From: a virus
Lineage: Duplodnaviria; Caudoviricetes
IMG/VR virus record: IMGVR_UViG_3300020463_000029
Span: 1-52,446 of that record
Length of the DNA: 52,446 nucleotides
Direction: 5' to 3' (one strand)
The translations under genes were made by a program, and so were the position numbers. The notes under the pieces are model-generated. The model worked only from the letters and a program-made list of their open reading frames with translations, had not been told where the DNA came from and did no database searches. Of this stretch, positions 1 to 10,078 are shown in pieces (the stretch's first letter is position 1; the number at the start of each line of letters is the position of its first letter).

Positions 1-957
1 TTGGATGTAGGTGCAACTGGTGTTGTACAAGTCACAGGAGATTTACAAGTTGACGGAACTCAAACTACTGTAAATTCTTCTACATTAGAAATTCAAGACA
101 ATGAAATAGTTGTTAACAAAGGTGAAACAGGTTATAGTGTTTCAGTTACAGGACAAGAAGCAGGTATTAGAGTTGAAAGAGGACAAAGTGCAGATGTTAG
201 AATGGTGTATGATGAAACCATTACTTGGAATGATCCAAACACACAAACAACATCACAAGGTCCAGGACTTGGTCAACAAGCAGGACAAGGTCCAAACCTA
301 GGTGGATTTAAACTAGTAGATGCTGGTGGTACAACAATATCATTACAACTTGCAAACATTAATAACAACAATGCAATTTACTTTGAGCCAGGTGGAGCAG
401 GTACATTAAGAGTTATTAGAGCAGGATACGAAGCATTACTAACAGATGTAAATGATATTCCAAATAAAAAATATGTTGACGATGAAATTAATAATGTTGT
501 ACTAGGTGCAAACTTTCCTAAAATTATACAAGGTGATACCGAAGTAAGAATCACCGACAACAGTACATCAGGTACAACAAGTATTATTGAAACAAAAATT
601 GATAATGTTTTGTATGCAAAATGGAAACCAAGTCATTTAGAAATTTACAATCAAATGACAGATATTGGTAGCATCAGAATAGAAGATGATGTTATAAGTG
701 GTTTAAATTCTAACCAAGATATTGAAATACAAGCACCAGGAACTGGTAGTGTGCGTATAAATGATTCATTGGTGGTCAATAATAGACCAAGCCTACAAGA
801 CCCGCAAGTGGACCCTCAATTTGACGCTAACGGGGTGAAATTGTACAGTAAAACACCAAGCGGAGGTAATACAGGATTATATTTTGTAAATACAAATGAC
901 GCAAGAGGAGAAGTGATCAGTACGAATAGAGCACTACTTTTTGGATTAATATTTTAA
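1..957 (+). CDS. Virion structural/fibre-like protein, 5'-truncated by the window edge
   Basis: The frame is open from base 1, so the TTG is probably not the real start. Beta-rich Gly/Thr/Asn sequence with the fibre-type motifs GDLQVDGTQTTVNS and NKKYVD; ends in a hydrophobic helix, NRALLFGLIF. Confidence 0.7.
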   Translation: MDVGATGVVQVTGDLQVDGTQTTVNSSTLEIQDNEIVVNKGETGYSVSVTGQEAGIRVERGQSADVRMVYDETITWNDPNTQTTSQGPGLGQQAGQGPNLGGFKLVDAGGTTISLQLANINNNNAIYFEPGGAGTLRVIRAGYEALLTDVNDIPNKKYVDDEINNVVLGANFPKIIQGDTEVRITDNSTSGTTSIIETKIDNVLYAKWKPSHLEIYNQMTDIGSIRIEDDVISGLNSNQDIEIQAPGTGSVRINDSLVVNNRPSLQDPQVDPQFDANGVKLYSKTPSGGNTGLYFVNTNDARGEVISTNRALLFGLIF

Positions 958-966
958 GGAGAAAAA

Positions 967-1299
967 ATGGCAATAGTAAACCAAAACATAACAACAGGAG
1001 CAACAGTTGATGTATTAACTGTACCAGCAGGCAAATCATATGCAATAACTTCTGTGTTGATAACAAACACAGGTCCAGAAGATGCCACAGGTGCAGAAGA
1101 TAGCAGATTTTATTTGTATGCAGTCACAGGCGCATACAGTTCAACATCATCAATGATTGTTAACAATGCTTTATTGCCTGGTGCTGAAACTTTTACACTA
1201 GACACAGAAAAATTAGTTTTAGGTGCAGGTGATTATTTTAAAGTTTCTTGTTCAGGTACTAACAGCATTTCAGTTGTAGTAAGTTACTTGGAGGTATAA
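967..1299 (+). CDS. Small beta-sandwich virion adaptor-like protein (paralogue of 9265 and 22665)
   Basis: 110 aa with an AAGGAG RBS. Pattern TVPAG...ITSVLITN...KLVLGAGD...VVSYLEV is shared with the other two ~110-aa ORFs. Confidence 0.7.
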   Translation: MAIVNQNITTGATVDVLTVPAGKSYAITSVLITNTGPEDATGAEDSRFYLYAVTGAYSSTSSMIVNNALLPGAETFTLDTEKLVLGAGDYFKVSCSGTNSISVVVSYLEV

Positions 1300-2147
1300 T
1301 GAGATATCTCAAAAGACAAAGTACCAACAAAAGATTGTTGAATGGTAAAGGATTGATCTATACTCAATACGAAGATATTGAAGCACAATCAGTAGGAGCA
1401 TTTTTAGTTCCTAAGGGAACATCAGCACAAAGACCATCTTCACCATCTGAAGGACAAGTTAGATACAACACAACTAACAGACAGTTAGAAGTGTATGAAT
1501 TCAATTCAGGTACAAGTCAAGTAGAATGGAAAACATTTAGATTATCTGAACCACAAAACATCACACTACAAAATCTAGGTAACGGTGACGACACAGAAGT
1601 AAACTTTGGTATACTAAACGACAACTTTGGTTCAGGTCTAGGTTATCCAACAACTCCAGAAAATGTTTTTGTTCTTGTAGAAAATGTTGTACAAATTGCA
1701 AATACAAACTATACATTAACACAAAATCCTTGCAACACAAACACAAATCAAATGGAAGCAGTGTTTGATTATGGTGTTGCTACAGGAAATCCAGCAACAG
1801 GAACTGGTGCATTTAAAATTAAAACAAACACAACTCCAGGACCAAACTTCGGTCAATTACTTGCAACAGACTTTCAAACAAAAGGTTATCACGTTGGTCA
1901 ATCACTGGTAGTTACTGGTACTGCTTCAAACAACGGAACATACACAGTTACAGCAGTTACTACGCAATACTTGGTTGTTAATACTTCACTTGTTAATGAG
2001 GCAAACAACGCATTAGGTAACACATTTTTCTTAGATGGCAAAAGTTCAGTTACAGGAAACTCATATCCAGCAGGTTATTATATTACCTTTGGTACAGCAG
2101 TACCTACGGGCAAACCTGTGAACGTTTTGCACAATTTTGACAAATAA
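1299..2147 (+). CDS. Virion structural protein
   Basis: TAATG coupling to the upstream gene. Carries PKGTSAQRP...GQVRYNTT...LEVY, a motif that recurs in the neighbouring fibre proteins. Confidence 0.7.
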   Translation: MRYLKRQSTNKRLLNGKGLIYTQYEDIEAQSVGAFLVPKGTSAQRPSSPSEGQVRYNTTNRQLEVYEFNSGTSQVEWKTFRLSEPQNITLQNLGNGDDTEVNFGILNDNFGSGLGYPTTPENVFVLVENVVQIANTNYTLTQNPCNTNTNQMEAVFDYGVATGNPATGTGAFKIKTNTTPGPNFGQLLATDFQTKGYHVGQSLVVTGTASNNGTYTVTAVTTQYLVVNTSLVNEANNALGNTFFLDGKSSVTGNSYPAGYYITFGTAVPTGKPVNVLHNFDK

Positions 2148-2164
2148 TACATTTCCAAAATACA

Positions 2165-2171
2165 ATAAATA
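2165..2171 (+). promoter_or_regulatory. T4-type late promoter (ATAAATA)
   Basis: Intergenic ATAAATA 17 nt before the ATG at 2188; close to the T4 gp55 consensus TATAAATA. Confidence 0.65.
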
Positions 2172-2187
2172 CTAAAAAAGGATTAGT

Positions 2188-5100
2188 ATGCCAGTATCAA
2201 ATGTAGGTAAAATATCAGGGCCATTATTAAAGGCAAATCTAACTAGAAATAGCGATTTGACTTTTGATAACACAGCAGTCACTTCTACACCTACTTTATT
2301 CATAGGACACACAAATAATAAGTTAGGTATTAGAACTGATTCACCTACTAGAGAATTATTAGTTAACGGAGATACAAAAGTAACTGGTGATGTTATTGCA
2401 ACAAATTCAGCATCATTTGGAAATTTAACATTTGATGGTCCAACAAATACTTTATCGGCTAGTGTTGGCAAAATAAATTTAAACAGTGCTAGTAGTTTTA
2501 CATTTAACGAATTACGTACAGACAATTTAAGTTTTACAAACAGCACAATCAGAGGATATGCTGGAGATAACATTAATATTCATCCAGGACCTGGCACAGG
2601 AATTTTTAATATTCCTATGGATTTAAAATCCTATGGTAATATTCATGCAACAGGAGATATTTCATTTGACGGAAATATATTCATTGGTGGAGATGGAGCA
2701 GAAGATTCATTAAGTTTTGAAGGAGATATCACTTCAAACATAATGCCCGATGCAACATCAACTTATAATTTAGGTGAAACAGGAAAACGTTGGGGACAAA
2801 TGCATCTTCAATCAATGCCTGGTTTACAAGACGTTGTTATTGACAACACAATTTCTTTGGCAGGTGTTGCCGTAAACTTAGGTATTCAAAATAAATGGTA
2901 TGTCAGTACAAATGGTGCAGACAACCTTGCAGGTAATCACCCTAACTTTGCGTTTGGTACAATCAAACACGCATTAAGTTACATCCAAGAAAGTTCTGCT
3001 GGTCCACATCAATTGCACATTTTACCTGGAACATACATAGAAGAATTTCCTTTAGAGGTTCCAGAAAACGTGACTGTAAAAGGTGCAGGTATAAGATCAG
3101 TAACAGTTAAACCTACACAGGCAGGAAGATTTAATGACGCATTTATAATGAATAATGCATCTATGGTTACAGATTTGGCTATACAAGAATTTCAATATAA
3201 TTCAACAACAGATGTTGGTTACGCATTTAGATTCGCACAAAACGCCGGCATAGTTACAAAATCACCTTATATACAAAACGTATCTGTAATAACACAAGGT
3301 TCTAACAGAACAGCATCTGATCCAAGAGGATTTGCATCCGGTGATGCGGGTAAAGGTGCATTATTAGATTCAAATGTATTGGATACTGCTTCTCCAAGAA
3401 CAAGTATGCTATTCAATGGCGTAACTTTTATTACACCAGGTGTAGATGCAGTAACAGTTAAAAACGGATCAAGAATTGAATTTATAGATTGTTTTACATA
3501 CTTCGCAAACAGAGGTTTGTATATGCAACACGCATTAAATCAATATACGCCAACAGCAGGAACTTATGAACCAGCAACTGGTGTAATGACATTGACTATC
3601 GGCAATCACTCTATAAGAGTTGGAGAATCCATAACCATTGCAGACAACAGTTTAACTTTTACGTGTGCTATGGACAATCATCAAACAGATCACACGTACC
3701 CAAGATCAACGGATCCTTATTCAGGCAAAAAAGTTTCCGTAACAGGAACAACTGCTACGTCTATAACTTGTAACGTTGGTATATCAAGCAACACAACAGC
3801 ACACATATTTAAAAGTGCTTCTGCTAATTCTGTAACAGAAGGCACAATGAATGAAGCAAGAGTAATAGCAAGTGCCACAATATACGGTAATCAAGGTGTT
3901 GTTGCAGATGGAAATGGTTGTTTAGCATATTTGATCAGTCATAACTTTGCTTATGTTGGCACAGGAAAAGATGTAGAAAATGATGACTATCTAATAAATC
4001 AAGAAAATGAAGTTGTAACAACTAACAATGCAAAAGTACATTTTGTAAGTCAAGACCAAGACGGAGATTTTAGAGTAGGTGAAAACTTTATAGTTGATTT
4101 AGGTAAAGGTACAACAAGTATTAACATTACTGATTCAGATTTAGGAGGTTCAACATTAACAGTTGGAACACCAGGTGCAACAACTATAATTGATGCTACA
4201 AAAATAGATGTGCCTAATTTTAGAATTTCAGCAAATGCAATTTCTACATTAGAAAATGGTTTAACAATTAATGCTTCTGGCAAAACTGTAATAGATGGTA
4301 ATGCTACAATGATGCAAAATTTAAATGTTACTGGAAATACAACAATAACAGGTTCAGGCATAAACCTTGGTGATCAACCAGGTGATACATTAAACTTTGC
4401 TCAAGAATTTCAAAATGATTTAATTCCTGTAGAAGATAGAGAACATAATTTAGGAAGTGCAAATAAAAATTGGAGACAAGCAAATTTAAACAAAGCAATA
4501 TTTGATGGTATAGAAATTACAAATAATGTAATTAGAGCAAATGATTCTAACAGTTCTGTAGATTTAAGAGCAAATGGTACAGGATCAGTAAATTTAGAAA
4601 ACTTATCATTCAACACACAAATACAAAGTGCTGGCGATGTTGGATTCGGAGTTGGTACAAACAGTTTACAATTTACAGGATTATCAAATATAGAGGTACC
4701 AGCAGGTACAACAGCACAAGATCCTGCACAAGGTAATGCAATTAGATATGATACAGATAGACAAAATTTTGAAGCATTTTCTACTGGAAAAATTCCATTT
4801 GGTGGTATTAGAGATGGTGATTATGACACTTATATTGATCTATCAAACAATCAGTTTAACTTTATAGCAGGTGGAACATCTGTAGGAACAATAGATGGAT
4901 CAGGTAATTTTGTTGCAAATAGACTCAGTTCACAGGATCAGTTTGCAATAGATAATAATCAAATCACAACAGGCACAGCAAACAATCCTGAAGCATCTTT
5001 ACAAGCGAACGGCAATGGTAAAATATTCATGGATACTTCAAATTTTGAAGTATTTGGTGGTACATTCTTAAACACAGTAACCAACTCTGATTTTGTATTA

Positions 5101-5355
5101 ACAGGTACGGCTCCTAAAGCCAACAGATACATTCACTTTGATACCACTCAAGCATACAGAGGACACTATGGTAATGAAACTGAAAGAGATGCAAAAACAC
5201 CAAGAGCAGGTGAAGTATTTTGGAACCAAACAAGTTCCACACTAGAAGTTTACACAGCAAATGGTTGGAAATCAGCCACTGGTTTACAGGAAATAACGGT
5301 TACAGAAGAGTTTGCACAGGATTTAAACGTATTATACAATCTTATATTAAACTAG
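2188..5355 (+). CDS. Large virion fibre-like protein with a beta-helix (pectin-lyase-like) domain; paralogue of 5530
   Basis: 1055 aa. N-terminal GKISGPLLKANLTR matches GRISGQLLKSNLLR of the next gene. Also shares YVSTNG.D...G....F.TI..AL (beta-helix entry), SPYIQNVSVITQG, ISHNFAY and DQDGDFRVG. Confidence 0.75.
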   Translation: MPVSNVGKISGPLLKANLTRNSDLTFDNTAVTSTPTLFIGHTNNKLGIRTDSPTRELLVNGDTKVTGDVIATNSASFGNLTFDGPTNTLSASVGKINLNSASSFTFNELRTDNLSFTNSTIRGYAGDNINIHPGPGTGIFNIPMDLKSYGNIHATGDISFDGNIFIGGDGAEDSLSFEGDITSNIMPDATSTYNLGETGKRWGQMHLQSMPGLQDVVIDNTISLAGVAVNLGIQNKWYVSTNGADNLAGNHPNFAFGTIKHALSYIQESSAGPHQLHILPGTYIEEFPLEVPENVTVKGAGIRSVTVKPTQAGRFNDAFIMNNASMVTDLAIQEFQYNSTTDVGYAFRFAQNAGIVTKSPYIQNVSVITQGSNRTASDPRGFASGDAGKGALLDSNVLDTASPRTSMLFNGVTFITPGVDAVTVKNGSRIEFIDCFTYFANRGLYMQHALNQYTPTAGTYEPATGVMTLTIGNHSIRVGESITIADNSLTFTCAMDNHQTDHTYPRSTDPYSGKKVSVTGTTATSITCNVGISSNTTAHIFKSASANSVTEGTMNEARVIASATIYGNQGVVADGNGCLAYLISHNFAYVGTGKDVENDDYLINQENEVVTTNNAKVHFVSQDQDGDFRVGENFIVDLGKGTTSINITDSDLGGSTLTVGTPGATTIIDATKIDVPNFRISANAISTLENGLTINASGKTVIDGNATMMQNLNVTGNTTITGSGINLGDQPGDTLNFAQEFQNDLIPVEDREHNLGSANKNWRQANLNKAIFDGIEITNNVIRANDSNSSVDLRANGTGSVNLENLSFNTQIQSAGDVGFGVGTNSLQFTGLSNIEVPAGTTAQDPAQGNAIRYDTDRQNFEAFSTGKIPFGGIRDGDYDTYIDLSNNQFNFIAGGTSVGTIDGSGNFVANRLSSQDQFAIDNNQITTGTANNPEASLQANGNGKIFMDTSNFEVFGGTFLNTVTNSDFVLTGTAPKANRYIHFDTTQAYRGHYGNETERDAKTPRAGEVFWNQTSSTLEVYTANGWKSATGLQEITVTEEFAQDLNVLYNLILN

Positions 5356-5391
5356 TATATTAACCGTGTACTATATTAAAAACCAAAATTC

Positions 5392-5399
5392 TATAAATA
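5392..5399 (+). promoter_or_regulatory. T4-type late promoter TATAAATA
   Basis: Perfect match to the T4 late consensus, in an intergenic region. Confidence 0.8.
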
Positions 5400-5406
5400 C
5401 AATTAA

Positions 5407-5510
5407 TGTTGTTATCCGACCAGATGCAACAGGACAAACCCTGGTTCAACCCGGGAAGAACTTGCGAATATTGTAAGGTGAAAAGGTAGGTTGGTGGGAC
5501 AAGATCCCCG
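5407..5510 (+). ncRNA. Candidate structured cis-regulatory 5' leader RNA (family unassigned)
   Basis: GC-enriched ~105-nt tract between the late promoter and the RBS. Four hairpins can be drawn, plus a loop-to-distal pairing CCGACC(5416-5421)/GGTTGG(5489-5494). Confidence 0.55.
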
Positions 5511-5529
5511 TGCTAAAAAGGAGTAAACA

Positions 5530-8500
5530 ATGGCCGTTGGTCGAATTTCGGGTCAACTCTTAAAGTCAAACTTGTTGCGACAAGGTACAAACTTGGCTTT
5601 TGAGACTGACTTGTTATACATTGATGTAGTAAACAATAGGATCGGCGTTAAGACCGCTACTCCGCAATATCCACTAGATGTAGTTGGAACAGCACGTACA
5701 ACAAACTTAGAAGCAACAGGTCAATTAGACATTGGTCAAATCACAATATCAGGTAACTCTATAACAACAACTGCTGGACAGTTGAACTTGTCTGCTCCTG
5801 ATGGTATTTTATACAACAATAATCTACAGGTAGATGACCTTATAATTGCTGGTAATTCTATTACAGCAACAGACACAAATCAAAATTTTGAAATTCAAAC
5901 ACAGGGTACTGGTATTTTAGAAGTACACGGTAACACACGAGTAAACGGAAATATTCACGCAACAGGAAATATTAGAGCAGATGGTAATATACAAATAGGT
6001 GACAGTGATACAGATTCTATCACTATTAATGCTGATATTACATCGAACTTAACACCTGATGTATCTAACACATACAACATTGGTTCTGCTGTAAAACGTT
6101 GGAACAATGTTTATGCAAACAATTTAACTGTTGACAACTTAACACTTTCAGGAAACATTACAGTACAAGGACTAAACTTAACAGCACGTCCAGGTAAAAT
6201 AATATACGTTGCAACAAACGGTGATGACAGTAATTCAGGTACGCACCAAAATGATCCTTATGCCTCAATCGAACAAGCATTGGCAGTAGCAATAGCAGGT
6301 GATCACATTTACATATATCCAGGAACATACACTGAAGCATTTCCAATGAATGTACCAACTGGAGTATCAATAAGAGGTGATGGACTGAGAGCAGTTAACA
6401 TTCAACCTAGTGTTGCAACAAACACTAAAGATGCATTTATTTTAAATGGCGAAGTAACAATTGAAGACTTAACTGTTAAAAATTTCTATTATGATTCTGG
6501 TAACAACACTGGATACGCATTTAGATTTAATCCTACTGGAAATGATGACAGTACTGGATTTTTAGTAACAAACAGATCACCGTATATTAGAAACATTTCT
6601 GTAATCACACAAGGAACAACATCTACAGCAACAGATCCAAGAGGTTTCGCGGCAGGCGATGCTGGTAGAGGTGGATTTTTTGATGGCGAATTAGCGGCTC
6701 CTGGTAGTCAAGAAGCAAGTGTACTATTTCAAAATGCAACATTTATCACTCCAGGTGTTGATGCAATTACACTTACAAATGGTGCAAGAGTTGAATGGTT
6801 AAACAGTTTCACGTACTTTGCAACAACATCTATTAATGCTTATGATGGAGTTAACGGATTAAGAGGCACAGGTACAACTCAATTAAGAGTTTCAGGTTTA
6901 TCTGGTGGTGCTATCACTCAAGGTAATGTAATTTCTTATTACGATATTGGCGGATCATTAGTTGCATCAGGAACTATTGCCGCAGTAGATAATGATAAAA
7001 TTTTTATTAATGGAAAATCTGCAGGATTTATTTTACCAGCAGAACAAAATGGAAAAACAATTAACGCATTAGGTAATGCACAACTTAATACAGCAGAAAA
7101 GAAATTTGGTTCTGCAAGTTTACAATTAGCAGGTTCAGGTGATGCGGCAAAAATAAACACAAATGCAGACTTTGGATTTGGAACAGGAGACTTTACTATA
7201 GACTTCTGGGGTAATTTATCAGCACTACAATCAACAGTATTGTTCGATATGAGAACAAGTGCCGCACTACAAAACAGTTTATATGTTTATGTAACAAACA
7301 ATGGTCCAAAAGTTTATGTAAACGGTTCTGAAGTTATTTCAGGCTCACAAGGATTTAATTTAAACACATGGACACACTTTGCTCTTGTAAGACAAAGTGG
7401 AACATTAACGATGTATGTTGCTGGACAAAACGTTGGTTCTGCAACAGTGAACCAAGACTTAGGTGGTGCTAAACCACTTGTAATTGGAAACAATTGGAAT
7501 CAAACATTAGGTTTAACAGGTTACATAGATGAATTTAGAGTGTACAAAGGTTCAGCAGTTTACACAGGAAACTTTACACCACCAACAGTTGGTGCAGTTG
7601 GTAATGCAAACACTGTGTTAGTTGCAAACTTTGATGGCAACAATGCATCAACAATATTTTTAGATAAAAATTTAATTGCACAAGATATTAGATTTAGTAA
7701 TGGTGCAACAGCAACAGCATTTACTTTAGTTGATTATGCAGACTTTGGTGCAGAAGTTAGATCAATAGCATCAGCATCAATTTACGGAACATTTGGAATG
7801 AAAGGTAACGGTCCAGGTGTTAGAATGTATCTTATCAGTCATAACTTTGCTTACATAGGCAATGACTACAATGTAGATAACGATGCAAACACAGTAATAC
7901 AAGCAAACGAAGTTGTTGCAACAAATGGTGCAAAAATATTTTTTAGTTCAGTCGACCACAAAGGAGACTTTAGAGTTGGTGATCAATTTAGAGTTGATCA
8001 AAACACAGGACAAGTAGATTTTACAAGTGCAAACTTAAACATTGATGTTGATCAAGCACTTACATTTACAACAGGATCAGATGTAACAGTAATTTCAGGA
8101 AGTTCAATTGAAACTGGAAATGTAAAATTATCAGGAAATACTATCACAACCACATCTGGAGATTTAACTTTAGATTCATTTGGTAACAATACAGTATTCA
8201 ACGACAATGTAGATGTAAATGGAAACCTTTCTGTTATAGGTGATATTACAATTGGTGGTAATGTTACTATTGGAGATGAATCAACAGATGAAATTACAAT
8301 CTCTGCTGGTATAGATTCTAATTTAATTCCAAACATAGATACCACATATGATTTAGGTTCTTCAACTAAAAATTGGAACACATTGTTTGCTCAAGAGGCA
8401 CAAATTGATAGTGTTAACATTGTTGGAAATGTAATTCAATCAAATAACACAAACGCAGATTTAGATATTAGAGCAAGTGGTACAGGTAACGTAACATTAG

Positions 8501-9258
8501 AAAACTTCGCTGTACAAAATGATACAATTACAAACACATCAGGAGATTTTATTGTTAATCCTGCAAGTAACATTTTCAAAGTTCAAGGTACAGGTTCAAT
8601 AAGAATACCATCAGGTACAACAGCACAAAGACCTGGTTCAGCAGTTGCTGGTATGATGAGGTACAACACAGATGATACTGTGTTTGAAGGTTACAACGGC
8701 TCAAACTGGGTGGCATTAACTGGTGTATATGACCTAGATAGAGACACTTATATCACAGCAGAACAGACACCTGGTGCTGATGATGATACAATAAGATTTT
8801 ACGCAGGTAATACACTGGTTGCAAACGTAAGTCCAACAAGATTTGACGTAACAACTTTAAGGGTAGATGATATTCAAATCAGTGGAAATACACTGACAAC
8901 TGTTCAAACTGACCAAGATTTGATCCTAAATGCCAACGGAAATGGTACTATTAGGATTGAAGACTTCAGATTCTCTGGAAATACGATAACTAATGTTATA
9001 TCTTCTCCATTAGTGTTTAAAACTACTGGAAGTGGGTATATTGATGTATCAAACTCTGGTGGATTTGTACTTCCAGTTGGTACAGGTGCTGATAGACCAC
9101 CGACTCCATTGTTGGGTATGATTAGATACAATACCAACGATGAAAGGGTTGAACTTTATGACGGTAGCCAATGGGGTTCAATTGCGGGTTCATCAGGTGC
9201 TGTAAGTATTATTGATGCAACAGAAATAGCCGTACAAATTGCGGTAACGTTAGGATAA
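5530..9258 (+). CDS. Large virion fibre-like protein with beta-helix and LamG/concanavalin-like lectin domains
   Basis: 1242 aa with an AAGGAG RBS. LamG-type segment KFGSASL...FGTGDFTIDFW...WTHFALVR...GYIDEFRV (~7050-7650); two PxGTxAxRP...GMxRYNT motifs; ends IAVQIAVTLG. Confidence 0.8.
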   Translation: MAVGRISGQLLKSNLLRQGTNLAFETDLLYIDVVNNRIGVKTATPQYPLDVVGTARTTNLEATGQLDIGQITISGNSITTTAGQLNLSAPDGILYNNNLQVDDLIIAGNSITATDTNQNFEIQTQGTGILEVHGNTRVNGNIHATGNIRADGNIQIGDSDTDSITINADITSNLTPDVSNTYNIGSAVKRWNNVYANNLTVDNLTLSGNITVQGLNLTARPGKIIYVATNGDDSNSGTHQNDPYASIEQALAVAIAGDHIYIYPGTYTEAFPMNVPTGVSIRGDGLRAVNIQPSVATNTKDAFILNGEVTIEDLTVKNFYYDSGNNTGYAFRFNPTGNDDSTGFLVTNRSPYIRNISVITQGTTSTATDPRGFAAGDAGRGGFFDGELAAPGSQEASVLFQNATFITPGVDAITLTNGARVEWLNSFTYFATTSINAYDGVNGLRGTGTTQLRVSGLSGGAITQGNVISYYDIGGSLVASGTIAAVDNDKIFINGKSAGFILPAEQNGKTINALGNAQLNTAEKKFGSASLQLAGSGDAAKINTNADFGFGTGDFTIDFWGNLSALQSTVLFDMRTSAALQNSLYVYVTNNGPKVYVNGSEVISGSQGFNLNTWTHFALVRQSGTLTMYVAGQNVGSATVNQDLGGAKPLVIGNNWNQTLGLTGYIDEFRVYKGSAVYTGNFTPPTVGAVGNANTVLVANFDGNNASTIFLDKNLIAQDIRFSNGATATAFTLVDYADFGAEVRSIASASIYGTFGMKGNGPGVRMYLISHNFAYIGNDYNVDNDANTVIQANEVVATNGAKIFFSSVDHKGDFRVGDQFRVDQNTGQVDFTSANLNIDVDQALTFTTGSDVTVISGSSIETGNVKLSGNTITTTSGDLTLDSFGNNTVFNDNVDVNGNLSVIGDITIGGNVTIGDESTDEITISAGIDSNLIPNIDTTYDLGSSTKNWNTLFAQEAQIDSVNIVGNVIQSNNTNADLDIRASGTGNVTLENFAVQNDTITNTSGDFIVNPASNIFKVQGTGSIRIPSGTTAQRPGSAVAGMMRYNTDDTVFEGYNGSNWVALTGVYDLDRDTYITAEQTPGADDDTIRFYAGNTLVANVSPTRFDVTTLRVDDIQISGNTLTTVQTDQDLILNANGNGTIRIEDFRFSGNTITNVISSPLVFKTTGSGYIDVSNSGGFVLPVGTGADRPPTPLLGMIRYNTNDERVELYDGSQWGSIAGSSGAVSIIDATEIAVQIAVTLG

Positions 9259-9264
9259 AAAAGA

Positions 9265-9597
9265 ATGGCAACAAATTTTAGAAATAATGTAACAAAAAAC
9301 ATTGGAACTGTTCCTGTGTCAGTATACACAGCGCCAGTTTCGATTTATTCAACAGTCGTTGGATTAGTTCTAGCAAATTTAACTGAATCAGTTGTGAAAG
9401 CAAGTGTAACATTAACAGCAACACCAGATTCAGTGACAGGTTTTATTGTAAAAGATGTTTTGATTGCACCAAACTCTAGTTTACGTGTTTTAAACTCAGG
9501 AGAAAAATTAATTGTAGCAAGTCAAAACAGTTTAAACGTACAGTCAAATATTAACGACTCACTTGATTGTGTGTTAAGTTATGTGGAGATAAGTTAA
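9265..9597 (+). CDS. Small beta-sandwich virion adaptor-like protein
   Basis: 110 aa, MATNFRN...VYTAP...VVGLVLAN...GEKLIV...LSYVEIS; paralogue of 967 and 22665. Confidence 0.7.
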   Translation: MATNFRNNVTKNIGTVPVSVYTAPVSIYSTVVGLVLANLTESVVKASVTLTATPDSVTGFIVKDVLIAPNSSLRVLNSGEKLIVASQNSLNVQSNINDSLDCVLSYVEIS

Positions 9598-9598
9598 G

Positions 9599-10060
9599 AT
9601 GTCGAATACAGTTGGACAAGATACAAATGTATATTTAGAAAACGGTGTAAAAGATCGTTACTTCTATGGTTTACGAAGAACCGACGAAGGAGAATTATAC
9701 ATTGGTAAGGTTGACCAATTGTCAGCAAATGATCCGATAACAATTAACTTACCTGGAAACATTGACGACAACTATAAAGATTTTGATCAAGGTTATGATT
9801 TTTATGAAGGAAGAGATTTAAATCATAGCAAACCATTTGTAAATTTAAAGTACGAACAATTTAGATGGGATGATGTAAATTTAAATTATTACATCAATGA
9901 TGAAGGAGAATTTGTTGTTAGATTGAACAGTAATCGTGGAGATGGTACTATCACATATCCACAAACAGATGAAACAGTTGTTACAGAAACAACTCCGTTT
10001 ACATTTGATAAGACAACATATAATATGGATAGTAATGAAATAACATTCGATAGAAGTTAA
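9599..10060 (+). CDS. Virion-associated protein, paralogue of 11371
   Basis: Shares RYFYGLRRT.EGELY and YEQ..WD..NL.YY.N..GE.V with 11371; has an extra C-terminal TFD...DS...TFD tail. Confidence 0.7.
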   Translation: MSNTVGQDTNVYLENGVKDRYFYGLRRTDEGELYIGKVDQLSANDPITINLPGNIDDNYKDFDQGYDFYEGRDLNHSKPFVNLKYEQFRWDDVNLNYYINDEGEFVVRLNSNRGDGTITYPQTDETVVTETTPFTFDKTTYNMDSNEITFDRS

Positions 10061-10078
10061 AAACGTGGGAGGAAACGA

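Noticed and set aside
5407-5510. Assignment as a c-di-GMP-I riboswitch or a tRNA because of GGACAAACC and the hairpins
   Set aside because: It lacks the GNRA tetraloop/receptor arrangement and any cloverleaf or T-loop; kept only as an unassigned structured RNA.
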